Of a stretch of 64,000 nt of DNA, positions 12,185 to 24,721 are shown in pieces. The position numbers were made by a program, and so were the translations under genes. The notes under the pieces are model-generated. The model had not been told where the DNA came from and did no database searches. It worked only from the letters and a program-made list of their open reading frames with translations. How positions within the stretch are numbered: position 1 is the first letter of the stretch; every line of letters starts with the position of its first letter. The DNA comes from Octopus bimaculoides. Lineage: Eukaryota. Where the stretch lies: NCBI RefSeq assembly GCF_001194135.2, contig NC_068987.1:84552676-84616675 (forward strand). The letters run 5' to 3'.

Positions 12185-12261
12185 AACAGCAAACAAGATG
12201 AAGACGAATATCTGTCAAATGTAAATAATATAAATAATGTAAAATATATAACAATATTCAG

Positions 12262-12896
12262 AAGGCGGCGAGCTAGTAGAATCGTTAGCGCGTCAGACGA
12301 AATATTAGCGATCCTTTACCTGTCGCTAGTTCTGAGCTTAAATTCCGCCGAGGTCGACTTTGCCTTTCGGGGTCGATAAATCAAGTACCCTTGAAAGAGT
12401 GGGGTCGACGTAATCAATTATCCTCCTCCTCCCCCATAATTTCAGGCCTTGTGCCTATAGTGGGAAGCGTTATTTAAGGTAGCGAGCTGGCAGAAACGTT
12501 AACACGCCGGGCAAAATGCTTAGCGGTATTTCGTCAGTCTTTATGTTCTGAGTTCAAATTCCGCCGAAGTCGACATTGCCTTTCATCCTTACAAGGTCGA
12601 TTAAATAAGTACCAGTTACGCACTGGAGTCGATATAATAGACTTAATCTGTTTGTCTGTCCCTTCTGCCTGTAGCCCCTTGTGGGTAGTAAAGAAATAAG
12701 AAACGTTAACACGCCGGGCGAAATGCTTAGCGGTATTTCATCAGTCTTTATATTCTGAGTTCAAATTCCGCCGAGGTCGACTTTGCCTTTCATCCTTACG
12801 GGGTGGATAAATTAAGTACCAGTTGCGTACTGGCGTCGATCTAATCGACTGACCTCCTTCCTCCAAATTTCAGGCATTGTGCCTAGAGTAGAAAAG
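12262..12896 (+). mobile_element. SINE family B cluster: monomer (12262-12467) plus dimer (12476-12700, 12701-12896)
   Basis: Three consecutive copies; dimer junction aaagaaataag|aaacgttaacacgcc. Confidence 0.88.
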
Positions 12897-12937
12897 TATA
12901 TAACAATAACCAGAGCATTTTAATGCAATGAGTTGAC

Positions 12938-13493
12938 NNNNNNNNNNNNNNNNNNNNNNNNNNNNNNNNNNNNNNNNNNNNNNNNNNNNNNNNNNNNNNN
13001 NNNNNNNNNNNNNNNNNNNNNNNNNNNNNNNNNNNNNNNNNNNNNNNNNNNNNNNNNNNNNNNNNNNNNNNNNNNNNNNNNNNNNNNNNNNNNNNNNNNN
13101 NNNNNNNNNNNNNNNNNNNNNNNNNNNNNNNNNNNNNNNNNNNNNNNNNNNNNNNNNNNNNNNNNNNNNNNNNNNNNNNNNNNNNNNNNNNNNNNNNNNN
13201 NNNNNNNNNNNNNNNNNNNNNNNNNNNNNNNNNNNNNNNNNNNNNNNNNNNNNNNNNNNNNNNNNNNNNNNNNNNNNNNNNNNNNNNNNNNNNNNNNNNN
13301 NNNNNNNNNNNNNNNNNNNNNNNNNNNNNNNNNNNNNNNNNNNNNNNNNNNNNNNNNNNNNNNNNNNNNNNNNNNNNNNNNNNNNNNNNNNNNNNNNNNN
13401 NNNNNNNNNNNNNNNNNNNNNNNNNNNNNNNNNNNNNNNNNNNNNNNNNNNNNNNNNNNNNNNNNNNNNNNNNNNNNNNNNNNNNNNNNNNNN
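12938..13493. other. Assembly gap (largest). Others: 17525-17534, 18675-18684, 20935-20972, 22333-22439, 32531-32900, 38703-38859, 43179-43297, 54225-54405, 63298-63331
   Basis: Runs of N, mostly abutting (TA)n, (CA)n or (GA)n tracts. Confidence 1.
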
Positions 13494-13625
13494 TATATAT
13501 ATATATATATATATATATGCCGATTGGCATAATTAATGTCCCTTTCAGAAGTGTTTTTTTAAGATTTGTATTTCTTTACTCTGTTTTCCTATCAGCAAAT
13601 ATTTGTTTATTATGGAACTAGATTA

Positions 13626-13826
13626 AGGCAGAATCCTCAGCACGTCGGATCATATTCTTCACAGCATTTCGTCCGTCTTCATGCGCTGAGCTCAAATTCA
13701 GCCGAGGTTGACCTTGCGTTTTATAATTTCTGGGTCGATGAAATAAGTACCACGGAAGCACTAGTGTCGATGTAACTGACTTACTCCAACCCTTAAATTG
13801 CTGGCCTCTTGCCTATAATAGAAACG
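13626..13826 (+). mobile_element. SINE family B
   Basis: Degenerate near-full-length match. Confidence 0.75.
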
Positions 13827-14099
13827 ATTATTAAACCAGGTTTAAACTAATAACCTTAAATTGATCCATCCACGCACGCACACACACACACACACATAAT
13901 ACACGTGTGTGTATATATATACGTATAAACGTATATATATACATGAATGTATGTATGTATATATATGTGTGTGTGTGTGTGTGTGTATGTGTGTGTCACT
14001 TAAAAAAATTCCCTTTCTATATAGCATAGACCCATGTCGACTTTTCTATGGTGCTCTTCGCTCTGGTTTGCCTTTTCTTGTACTTCATTTTTTGTAAAG

Positions 14100-14198
14100 T
14101 CATGTATTTATTCAATTGGTCTCTTATGCCGAACGGTTAATTTCGCAGGGATGTAGACACACTAACACCGGTTGTCAAGAAAAATCACAAGCAAAGAT

Positions 14199-14231
<33 letters not shown>

Positions 14232-14362
14232 ACGGGCTTCTTTCAGATTACGTATATCAAATCCACTCGACCCGGGGCTAAAGTACAATGCACTTACAGA
14301 AATTTCCATGCAGTAGGGCTGAACCTGGAACCATGCAGTTTGGAAGTAAACTTATTACCATA
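14100..14362 (-). mobile_element. SINE family A, degenerate partial
   Basis: gacgggcttctttcag, aaatccactc and the head are recognisable. Confidence 0.7.
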
Positions 14363-14696
14363 ATGACCCGCAGAGCAGAATTCTTTTCAAGTATACTTGA
14401 TTCTGTGGAGTTGTTTTAAACTTTCAAAAGAGCAGTCAATGGCGTCTTGACACCATTTTGTCTGCAATGAAAACATTTCTCCATGACAAACTACAGTGAA
14501 TAACCTTTCTTCAGGTTCAAATATTTCTCACATATATTTGAAATGGTAACAAGTTTATATTAATCTTAATCACTGCTTAGGGCTTCTAATCCGTGTTTCA
14601 GAAGACTTTGATAAGCCCCAAACTACTTTTCAGTCGTCTAGCTCAATTTTTACTTTGATTTGTTTGAAATATCAGCCAATGAAACGCTGCCTTTTC

Positions 14697-15430
14697 ATGT
14701 TATTTAGTATCGGGCAATTGTTACTGTCTGGTTATTCGTAGCCATCAGCGCAGTGAATATTGAGGACATTTTACAGAACCAAGCCACTAAATATGTATTT
14801 TGATGTTATTTAGTATCGGGCAATAGTTACTGTGTGGTTACTCGTAGCCATTAGCGCAGTAAATTTTGAGGACATTTTACAGAACCAAGCCACTCTTTTA
14901 CTCTTTTACTCTTTTACTTGTTTCAGTCATTGGACTGTGGCCATGCTGGAGCACCGCCTTTTAGTCGAACAAATCGACCCCAGGACGTATTCTTTGCAAG
15001 CCTAGTACTTATTCTATCGGTCTCTTTTGCCTAACCGCTAAGTTACGGGGAGGTAAACACTCAAGCATCGGTTATCAAGCGATGTTGGGGGGATACAGAC
15101 ACACACACATACACATATATACACACACACATATATATATATATACATATATACGACGGGCTTCTTTCAGTTTCCGTCTACCAAATCCACTCAGAAGGCT
15201 TTGGTCGGCCCGAGGCTATAGTAGAAGACACTTGCCCAAGGTGCCACGCAGTGGGACTGAACCCAGAACCATGTGGTTGGTAAGCAAGCTACTTACCACA
15301 CAGCCACTCCTACGCCACTAAATATGTATTTTGATGTTATTTAGTATCGGGCAATTGTTACTGTCTGGTTATTCGTAGCCATCAGCGCAGTAAAATTTAA
15401 GGATATTTTACGGAACCAAGTCACTAAATA
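14697..15430. repeat. 106-bp tandem repeat (about 3 units) interrupted by a SINE
   Basis: Unit gccactaaatatgtattttgatgttatttagtatcgggcaa...agaaccaa starts at 14783, at 14889/15314 (SINE between) and at 15420; a partial unit starts at 14697. Confidence 0.85.
14895..15313 (-). mobile_element. SINE family A, full length, inserted in a 106-bp tandem array
   Basis: Near-consensus copy; gccact duplicated at 14889-14894 and 15314-15319. Confidence 0.9.
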
Positions 15431-15999
15431 TATATTTTAACAAATTTACTTTGATTTGATTGGAAACGACATGATGTGTTACATAATTTTTTGGGAGCAT
15501 AGTGATGAGTCTAAGGGAGTGATGAAATTTCATCCACTACTGGAACTCATGTAATTACAGGGCTCTTTGATCAGACACAACATGACGCTAAACTCTAATC
15601 CTTGTAATTTGAATAAAAAGTGTAAGGCTTTACTCGCCATATGATACGCAGCAAAAACTTTCAGTTGATATCCGACATACCATTGTATGGATATCCTTCA
15701 ATATATGTAATTAGAAAAAACGTGAAGTAAACAATAATTGTTCACCAAAATTTTGAATGTGCTTTAATTAGATTAACAGCTTAAAAACTGAGATTCTTAT
15801 TATGATTATTTGGAAATTTCAAGTTGTTCGACATTTGTATAGATTCCATTTGAGTTTCTGTATTGATATCTTGAAATGAATATTTTTTAATATTTCAAGA
15901 AAACAGTTTTAGGAAATGCATACACAAATTATTATACACGAATAATAGTGTATAATTTCGAAGTTGAGTCTATAATTATATTTTCAGAAATCTTCAGAG

Positions 16000-16505
16000 T
16001 AGGGGTGGGGAAACTTTTTAGAGTGGCAGACAAATAATTCCAACGAAAATGGTCCGCGGGCAGATCACAAGTTCTCACTTTAATATCTCTGTTAATCATG
16101 TACATATCAATGTATAATTCGATATACATTAATAAAGATTAGCTTAAGACAATAAATTAACGCATAACATCTTCATTAGCGCCGCCATTGAATTTAGGAC
16201 GTTCATATTACTTATGAGGTATTCTATATTTTTCAGCTGCAGTGTAGTTGGGTCTCAAGGGAGTGGTACACACCTAGAAATAGGTGTTTTAGAGTGAAAA
16301 CAAAATTTCCATTCAAATGGCAATCACTGGATGATTTTCTGTTTGAGTCTAACTGTTTCAAGTCGTAAAGGGGAAACGTGTCTGTTGCAAATACGCATAC
16401 GAATATTGTATAAATTTAATGATTGAATATTTACTATATTTTGTACATATGAGTATACCAGCCTGCGGGCGCATTAAAATAGGGGCGAGGGTTTCCTCAC
16501 CCCTG
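16000..16505. mobile_element. Non-autonomous hAT (Charlie-type) DNA element / MITE
   Basis: TIRs taggggtggggaaac (from 16000) and gtttcctcacccctg (to 16505). 8-bp TSD cttcagag (15992-15999) / tttcagag (16506-16513). Subterminal gcgggc motifs. Confidence 0.75.
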
Positions 16506-16859
16506 TTTCAGAGCTTAAATTACATTGAGCCAGCTTAAGCATAAGACCTATGGTAAATAACAAAATAACTGCACAGAGTATAAATGGAATACATAGCTAT
16601 GTGTGTGAATGCGCATGCGCGGTCACGTACATGTGGTATGTTTATGCATGTTTGTGTTTCTTTTGATCAGTGACATGCAGAGGGAACGCCATAGTTACAG
16701 ATAGCGATATCAGCACTACAGAAAATATTTACATACCTCATATACTTTAAGTAATTTGCCACTTGTTTGTGAAATCAAACCTCTCTCTTCCTCTCCCCCT
16801 CTCCCTCCTTCCCATCTATCCCCTCCTACTCTTTCCCTTTCCCCTTCTTCCCCATTCCC

Positions 16860-16911
<52 letters not shown>

Positions 16912-17477
16912 ATGTGACTTTTTCATTATCCAGAGCGTCAAACTAATGCACTTGCTTGTTGTTCATGCATTAATATTCCTTTACGTGTTCATTTACATAA
17001 AAAAACAATTTTACATTCATCTAACAGATTTATCATTCTTAAACAAGAGTGACTTCGGCCACCTAAGCCATTGTCGACAGGTCGACGAGGTATGTACTCA
17101 GATCTTCACGCGTACTCAGAGCCACATACTCACACTTACACAAAAAATACCCTGTTAGTTAAAATAAGTATGTTTAGTATATCTTAGACTGATTGCCTCT
17201 GTCGGTTAGAAGGATTTAGAAAGTCGTACAACACAATTTGCATTGCATTTTACATAACCGTCCAAATTGATTTTATAATATTTTTTGTATAATATGCAAT
17301 ATCGATTGTTGAAAATATACAACTAGATTGTAGGTAATGTTAGGAATTCGTTCTCTCATTGAAACCGCCGCTTACATTTCTTTTTGAAGTTTGGGAAATC
17401 CTTTATAACTATATTTTAGTTCTAAACAGGTTCTGACAGCTTTCCTTCAAACAGCGCCTTTGGAGTGAACACACACC

Positions 17478-17524
<47 letters not shown>

Positions 17525-18314
17525 NNNNNNNNNNACACACACACACACACACACAAACATACACACTTTCTCTCTCTTTCTCTCTCTTTCTCTCTCTTTC
17601 TCTCTCTCCCTTTATACATATATATATATATATGTATGTATGTATGGATGGATGAATGGATGAATGGATGCCTTAATAATAGTAATGGTAAGACAACAAA
17701 AGAATGATAGAGACCTCAATATTATGTAAAAAGAGGAATTTATCTGTAATATGTGACAATTATTCGGTTGCCATAACATTAGTTTTGGGGTATTTGCTCT
17801 TTGTCGATGTGGAATATCCGCTCCTGCTGGATTCGGCTATTCCACATTGATAAGGGGCAAATACCCCGAAACTAGTCTTATTATGCAACCGAATAATTGT
17901 CACATATTATATTACAGATATGTATGTAATATGAATGTATGCATGTATGTATGTATGTATGTATGTATATACATGTATATATTCGACACATGGGGATTCC
18001 ACAAATTCTTACTGAACAATCAGCTCTTCTGATTCGTTTACTATGATCAAATATTTCTGCTGCTCATTAGCACACTCATTGCATCAAATTGTACACATGC
18101 ACGGTCTGCCACATGTTGCATGTAGAGGTGATCGCAGACAAACGTGAAATGAAGAGTTTCGTTCACGAACACAATGCGTCGTCCTTTGAGTGAATCAAAA
18201 CCACAATCTTGCGATCTTGAGTACTACACCATAACGACTAGGCCACGCAGCCTCATAAATTTGTTGACCATAATTCTCTGATGCAACAGCTATAGCAAAA
18301 ATATTCTGCTCGGA

Positions 18315-18930
18315 ACATGTGTGGTTAAGAAGCTTGCTTTCAACAACGTGATTTTAGTTTGAATAGCATTACGCGGTCCTGTGGGTGTCTCCTACTATAG
18401 CTCCGGACCGACCAATTCCTTCTGAGTGAACTCAGTAAACGGAAACTGTGTGGAAGCCAATCACACATACACACACAACACTCTCACGCACACATACATA
18501 TGTGTATTATGTCTGAATGCGCGCGAGCGTCGTATATATATATATGTGTGTGTGTATGTATGTATGTATGTATGTATGTATGTATCTACGTGTGTATGTA
18601 TGTACGTGTATATTGCCTACGAATAGTAAAATTCCACAGTCATATATAGCTAGCAATGCAAATGTTTTTTTTACNNNNNNNNNNTATATATATATATATA
18701 TATATGTACATGTATGTCTGCATCTGTCTTTGTGAATGCGTTTGTTTTCCCTCACCATTTGTCAACCAGTGTTGATTTTTTTCTCTTCCTGAAGCTTAGC
18801 GGTTCGGCAAAATATACGGATAGATTAAAAATAAGTACTGGCATTAGTTTCCTTGAATACAAAAAAAAAAATCCAAGATGGCGCCCCCAGTACGGCCGCA
18901 GTCCAGTGAATGAAGCAATTAAAAGAAAAA
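18315..18930 (+). mobile_element. SINE family A, old copy with expanded central microsatellite (contains a gap)
   Basis: Head and core at 18315-18470; 3' half at 18720-18930. Confidence 0.65.
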
Positions 18931-19141
18931 GGCTCAAATATATATGAATCATTTAATATAGGCAGGTGGAAGCTCTGCGGTAGATGTAGTCGTTCTGCTA
19001 AGAAAATAAAGTAACAATTTTTTATATAAAATAAAGTCATTACATGGCTGGAATTTCTCCGTTTTACTTGGCTGAAAATTTATTTTCATCCCTTCAGATG
19101 TTGTATACACTTAGATTTCTCATCACAATCTTATCTTCTTT

Positions 19142-19417
19142 ACAGTTCTATATTTAAGAGATGAGAAATTATTTACGTTATTTACATTTGACGGATATTC
19201 GTCCTCATCTTGTTTGTTGTTAACACAACGTTACGGCTGATATACCCTCCAGCCTTCGTCAGATGTCTTGGGGAAATTTAAAACCTAGGTTCTCATTCCT
19301 ATCGATGTTACTATTATTATTATTACTATTACTATTATTAATCAGGTCGCTGCCGTGAATCGAACTCGGAACCTTGGGGTTAGTAGCCCACGCTCTTAAC
19401 CACTACGCCATATGCCC
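19142..19417 (-). mobile_element. Family C copy 4 (full length, no inverted tail)
   Basis: Same head, short (AAT)n linker and hammerhead tail as copies 1 and 3. No clean TSD seen. Confidence 0.85.
19222..19267 (-). ncRNA. Hammerhead motif (family C), A13 mutated
   Basis: The minus strand reads gacat-CTGACGA-a-ggctg...cagcc-GTAA-c-gtt-gtgtt. Confidence 0.45.
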
Positions 19418-19596
19418 GTGGACAATTATGGGGTGAATTTTAAGGCTTATAAATCTATTCTTTTTCTATCCTTCCTCAATACCGGTTCCCATATGCTATT
19501 CATATCTGCACTCGGTCTGCTTAGGAGGTTGTTGTGCTGCTTCTTATTTATCTTAAATTCACTCATCTTTTATCATTTACTTGTCGCATTTATTCA

Positions 19597-20030
19597 TTTC
19601 TACTCTATGCACAAGGCCCAAAATTTTGGAGAGCGGGACTGTGGATTAGATCGACTGCAGTACACAACTGGTACTTAATTTATCGACCCCGAGAGGACGA
19701 AATGCAAGGTCGACCTCGGCGGAATTTGAACTCAGAACGTAAAGACAGACGAAATACCGCTAAGCATTTCACCCGGCGTACTAACGTTTCTGTAAACTCG
19801 CTGCCTTAAGACAAATGAATATTCTTTTCTGCTTTCGGCACAATGTCCTAAATTTTGGGGAAGGGGAAGTCGATTAGATTGACCCAGTACGCAACTGGTA
19901 CTTAATTTATGTACCGCGAAAGGATGAAAGGGAAAGTTGGCCTCGGCTGAATTTGAACATAAAGACAGACGAAATACCGCTAAGCATTTCGTCCGGCGAA
20001 CTAACGTTTCTGTCAGGCTCGCCGCTTTAA
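19597..20030 (-). mobile_element. Two tandem SINE family B copies (19597-19808, 19820-20030)
   Basis: Both full length; the head of the second abuts the 5.8S-like sequence. Confidence 0.88.
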
Positions 20031-20032
20031 AG

Positions 20033-20182
20033 ATCGGACGGCGCCCCGAGACGATGGGATCCTGGGGTCGCATTGTGCGTTCGAGGTTGCGATTATCACT
20101 GAGTCCTGCAATTCGCATCAGTTCACGCGGATAGCCACGCTCTTCATCGGCGGATGACCAAAGTGATCCCCAGTCTCACTTA
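20033..20182 (-). pseudogene. Dispersed 5.8S rRNA-like copy (divergent or pseudogenic, 3' end slightly truncated)
   Basis: The minus strand reads ...GGATCACTTTGGTCATCCGCCGATGAAGAGCGTGGCTATCCGCGTGAACTGATGCGAATTGCAGGACTCAGTGATAATCGCAACCTCGAACGCACAATGCGACCCCAGG...GGGGCGCC. This is colinear with the metazoan 5.8S landmarks GGATCAC, CGATGAAGAACG, GAATTGCAGGAC, TCGAACGCAC and the GC-rich 3' hairpin. No 18S or 28S sequence flanks it. Confidence 0.8.
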
Positions 20183-21491
20183 TTGAACTGCAACCATGCT
20201 GAAGTTGCGCCCTGAAGAATTTAGTCGAAGAAATTGGGACCTGTACTTAAGGGCGCGTGCACATACTTGTGCATGCGTGTGTGTATTTGGGTGTATGTGT
20301 GTATGTCTGTTCTATATTATAATTATTATAACTCTTCCACTCAGGAGGAAGCCGGTTCCCAACAAAGATACAAGTTACCAACTTTGGGATGTAGTTTAAT
20401 ACAGACAAATTCACATTTGGAACTTAAGAAAATTCTAGCATATTTTTATTGTTCCATTCACTGATTGTTCTTGTAAGGTACGAATTAGCCGGCCAATTTC
20501 TCTTTCTGAAAATTTCAGTTTATCCAGATTCTGCTTGTTCTCCAATTATTATTGGTATGAATATAAATTCATAGTCTGGATATAGAAGCTGGAGGTTTCG
20601 AAGCAGTTGTCCATAGATATTCTATTTTTCTTTGATTTTGAAAGAGATATTTATATCTCCTGGGCAGCTGACCTTTATGGTACATACATTTGCCCCTCTG
20701 TCCTAAACAACAATATCCGGTCTGTCATGTTTACATTGGTATGTAAGTATGTTTTAATTGAAGTCTATTACTTTATTTTATCGATCTCTTCAGTAGATTT
20801 GCCAATGATGCCGGTACTTAAAGAAAACAACACAGGTTGTTAAGCGGTCCAACGGAATAAAACAGACAGAAGCACAGATGCAACTTGCAAACACATACAT
20901 ATTTATACCTGTATGTATATATATATATATATATNNNNNNNNNNNNNNNNNNNNNNNNNNNNNNNNNNNNNNTATATATAGTTCATGTATGAGAATCAGA
21001 TATTCTCCATATAGAATACACTTAATAGTGCTCAAGAGATTTAAACTTGAGCGGGTAGAGGAGTAAACGTAAGAATAAGCAAGTTAGGCTGGACGATATA
21101 CAAAGAATTTTAAATCCATTAAAAAAAACGTATATAAGCGTACATACAAAATGGTCCGACTTACACAGAATAGAAATTAAAGGGGTCAAAAATGAAAGAA
21201 GAGTATTACAAATCACAAAGCTGATTCTGGAGGCTAGGTGGTTCAAAATAATGATTATAAATTGATTGCATCGTCTTCAGGGAAGAAATCTGACATTTGA
21301 GTTTTTGACAGAAAGGAAATCTGATGTCTGTTTATCAAAACATCCATAAATATATGACTACAAACACATACGTGACGAGCTTCCATTCGGCTTGCGTTTA
21401 CCAGATTCATTCATATGGTTTTGAGAATTTTCTTTCATCGTTTGGTCACGAAATCTTTACTTGATATGTATATATATATATATATATATAA

Positions 21492-21758
21492 TATATAGTT
21501 TTAGGGAAAATAACCAAGTTTCAAGAACTCATCGATGAAAATCCACTATCACATATAGAAAAAATAACAATTAAAAACACAATGAGTATAATATAAAACA
21601 AAGTAAATATCATAAGATATTATCGTTATCTTATGATATTTACTTTGTATTATATTATACTCATTTATTGTGCTTTTAATTATTAATTTTTCTATATGTG
21701 ATAGTGGATCTTCATCGATGAGTTCTTGAAACTTGATTATTTTCCCTAAAACTATATA
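21492..21758. repeat. Long inverted repeat (about 130-bp arms, 7-nt spacer) between (TA)n-rich tracts
   Basis: Arms 21492-21619 and 21627-21758 differ by 6 substitutions and one 4-nt indel (manual comparison). Confidence 0.9.
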
Positions 21759-21854
21759 TTTTATATATATTTTATCTATAAAGCTCAATTTAATTTTGAT
21801 TTTTCATAAATTGAATTTAATTGAGTTTTTACCTGTAATTTTGGATTTTGTCCC

Positions 21855-21891
<37 letters not shown>

Positions 21892-21937
21892 TAGACACAC
21901 AAACACAGCACGTAAAAGTTTCATAATCAGTAGAAGA

Positions 21938-21972
<35 letters not shown>

Positions 21973-23933
21973 AAGAGAGAGAGGGGGAGGGGAGAGAAAG
22001 AGAGAGAGAGAGGTGCATATTAATGGCTGTCGCTGATAGCGAGTATAGTCTTTCTCCATATTAATGTCTATTTCTTATGATATTTGAAAATTCGATATAA
22101 ACTACATTTAACCGGATTTTAGGTTTATTATACGTAACCTGAAATTTTCACTGTTATGTCTTCACTAAAGTTAATCATATAAGTAAATTAGACACTGGAA
22201 GTCTGGTGACAATATTGTTTACATACTGTCTGGAAAATTATAATGCATTGCTTATGTTGCTTAATCGTTTTTAATTTCATTTCGTGAGCTTTTCCTTCAA
22301 GAAAGAAGTGATGGAAAAGAGTGTATTCAATANNNNNNNNNNNNNNNNNNNNNNNNNNNNNNNNNNNNNNNNNNNNNNNNNNNNNNNNNNNNNNNNNNNN
22401 NNNNNNNNNNNNNNNNNNNNNNNNNNNNNNNNNNNNNNNTATATATATATACCGATGGGTTTGACTGATTAGCTGAATTAAGAAGATACATACACACACA
22501 CACACACACACACACACTATATAAATGCGTCTATAAGCGTATGTATATATATGTATATATATAGATATATATGTACACATAGATATGTATACATATACAT
22601 ACACACTCACAAACACACACACACACACACACACACTCACACACAGTCATATCCATATGTGTGTATGTATAATATACATTTATATGTGTACGTATAAATA
22701 TATATATATATATGTATATGTATAAGTGTATACATACATGGTGCGCGCGTGTGTTTCCTTTATTTTAACTTTGACATTAGTATGGTGTTTTGATAAACTA
22801 CTAATTCTCATGCTAGAAGATCTGTATAATTCAAGAAAAAAATATCTAATTATCCAAATAAATATAATTACTTTATTTATCTACATATCTAATTTTTCAA
22901 ATCCAACTTTTTTGTTTAAAAAAAAAATTTCCGTTTCCTTAATGTTAGATGCATTTGTAGATTGAAACCCCTTGTGTTATTACGCATGAAATATGGTAGA
23001 ATATGTTTTTAATTGAATAAACACGAAAAGAAAAAGAAAACCAATGGAGTAAAATTGAATTCCGTTTATTGAGATAGAGTAAGAGATTTAATGAAATACG
23101 ATTAACTTGCTTGTAACTGAAGTTGAGTTAATATCTTTCCATCAAATGCTTGGAATTTAGTTATATTGGATGTAAACAATTTATTATATATGTAAGGATT
23201 TTAGAATTTTACTGAATGTCACATTTAAATAATACTATACTTAATGGGTAGTCTAACGTTCTATTCTTATATAGCAAACATAATGCTGTTATTTTCTTAT
23301 CTACTGTGTTGCTCTCGATTAACTGCGTTTAAATCAGCTTTCGCTAGATCATTGATCAGCCCAGCGACAAGGAACAAGGAACCCAACGACAAGGAACACG
23401 CTATGTTGTTTGAGGAGTATTTTGCTTCTTCCTAACCGAGTGAAACGTTTGTCACCTTCAGATATCTGCAGATGATGCAGAAATTTTCCTACTGTTGCGA
23501 TGGCTTTAGAAGATGAGTTTACAAGAACTGCGATTAGCTTCTGCAGTTTTTGCTTGAAAGCAAATCATCTCGGACGTTTATTTCACCATTTGCATAAGAC
23601 AGAATATTTATATGGTCAATTCAGTCTGTTAGTAGTGGTAACTAATTCCACCACCTTCAAACTACACACAGATTTTTTTTTAAACAGACACATCGGATAC
23701 TGTAGACTTGTATTAGATAACGCTTGAAAACCTGGGATTCGTCAGTGCTCGAATACACTTTGCAAAATAATCCAATCGAAGGTACAGTTCTCAAGCTAAA
23801 AGACAATGACGTCATAGTGTACACACTGGTATGCAGTAATAAATCGTGTGGGGTTGCAGAATAGCATTTCATACCACCTCTTCGTTTTCTTCAAGCGTAT
23901 GGAAATCTGCTAAAAATCAAAATTCTTCAACAA

Positions 23934-24093
23934 AGCGCAGGAGTGGCCGTGTGGTAAGTAGCTTGCTTACCAACCACATGATCACAGGTTCAGTCCCACT
24001 GCGTGGCGCCTTAGGCAAGTGTCTTCTACTATAGCCTCAGGTCGACCAAAGCCATAAGTGGATTTGGTAGACGGAATCTGAAAGAAGCCCGCC

Positions 24094-24155
<62 letters not shown>

Positions 24156-24388
24156 ATGCATATGTTCTTGTGTTTCTATGTTTGTCTCCCCACCCCCCAA
24201 AAAAATCGCTTGACAACCGAGGCACCGATGCTGGTTTATTTACGTCCCCGTCACTTCGCGTTACAGCAAAATAGACCGATAGAGTAAGTACTAGGCTTAC
24301 AAAGAATAAGTCCTGGGATCGATTTGCTCGACTAAAGGTGGTGCTCCAGGATGGCCGCAGTCAAGTGACTGAAACACGTGAAAGAAAA
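23934..24388 (+). mobile_element. SINE family A, full length
   Basis: Near-consensus head, core and tail. Confidence 0.9.
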
Positions 24389-24721
24389 ACAGTACCAGTG
24401 TTTTATTGTAGTTATTTTGCTTATAACATTATCATTAGTGTCGACATTAATTTTCAAGATATCAAGTTTAAATTAGTCCATTCTGTCTTTCTTGACTAAA
24501 CAAAACTAGGTGGTGAGTCGCTGAAGAGGTCACAAAATGTGCGCGAAATATTTCAGACAAATGACAATAAGAATAATAACACAGTTGAAACAAAGAACGA
24601 ATATATAATGTTTGTGTTTATATGGCAACATTCCAGAATATACAAATATCTGTTTCCAGACACGATTTCACATCAGGAATCTAACAAAACAAATGCATAA
24701 ACTCAATATCTAAACTTATTT

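Larger units (their letters stand above)
11829..12240 (-). mobile_element. Family C copy 3: full-length minus-strand element plus an inverted plus-strand tail copy
   Basis: Minus-strand element to ~12135 (tail, (ATT)n, tRNA-like head), then a plus-strand hammerhead tail at 12137-12240. Exact 13-bp direct repeat aaaatatataaca at 11816-11828 and 12241-12253. Confidence 0.85.

Noticed and set aside
12883-13532. ORFs spanning N-runs (also at 22.2-22.6, 32.4-33.1, 38.5-39.0, 43.0-43.4, 54.0-54.6 and 63.1-63.4 kb)
   Set aside because: Artefacts of reading through assembly gaps and flanking dinucleotide repeats.
14697-15430. Regularly spaced repeats as a CRISPR array
   Set aside because: Eukaryotic context, 106-bp head-to-tail units with no unique spacers, and no cas genes.
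21700-21745. CGATGAG...GAAAC inside the long palindrome as a hammerhead
   Set aside because: No CUG at core positions 3-5 and no G10.1-C11.1 pair.
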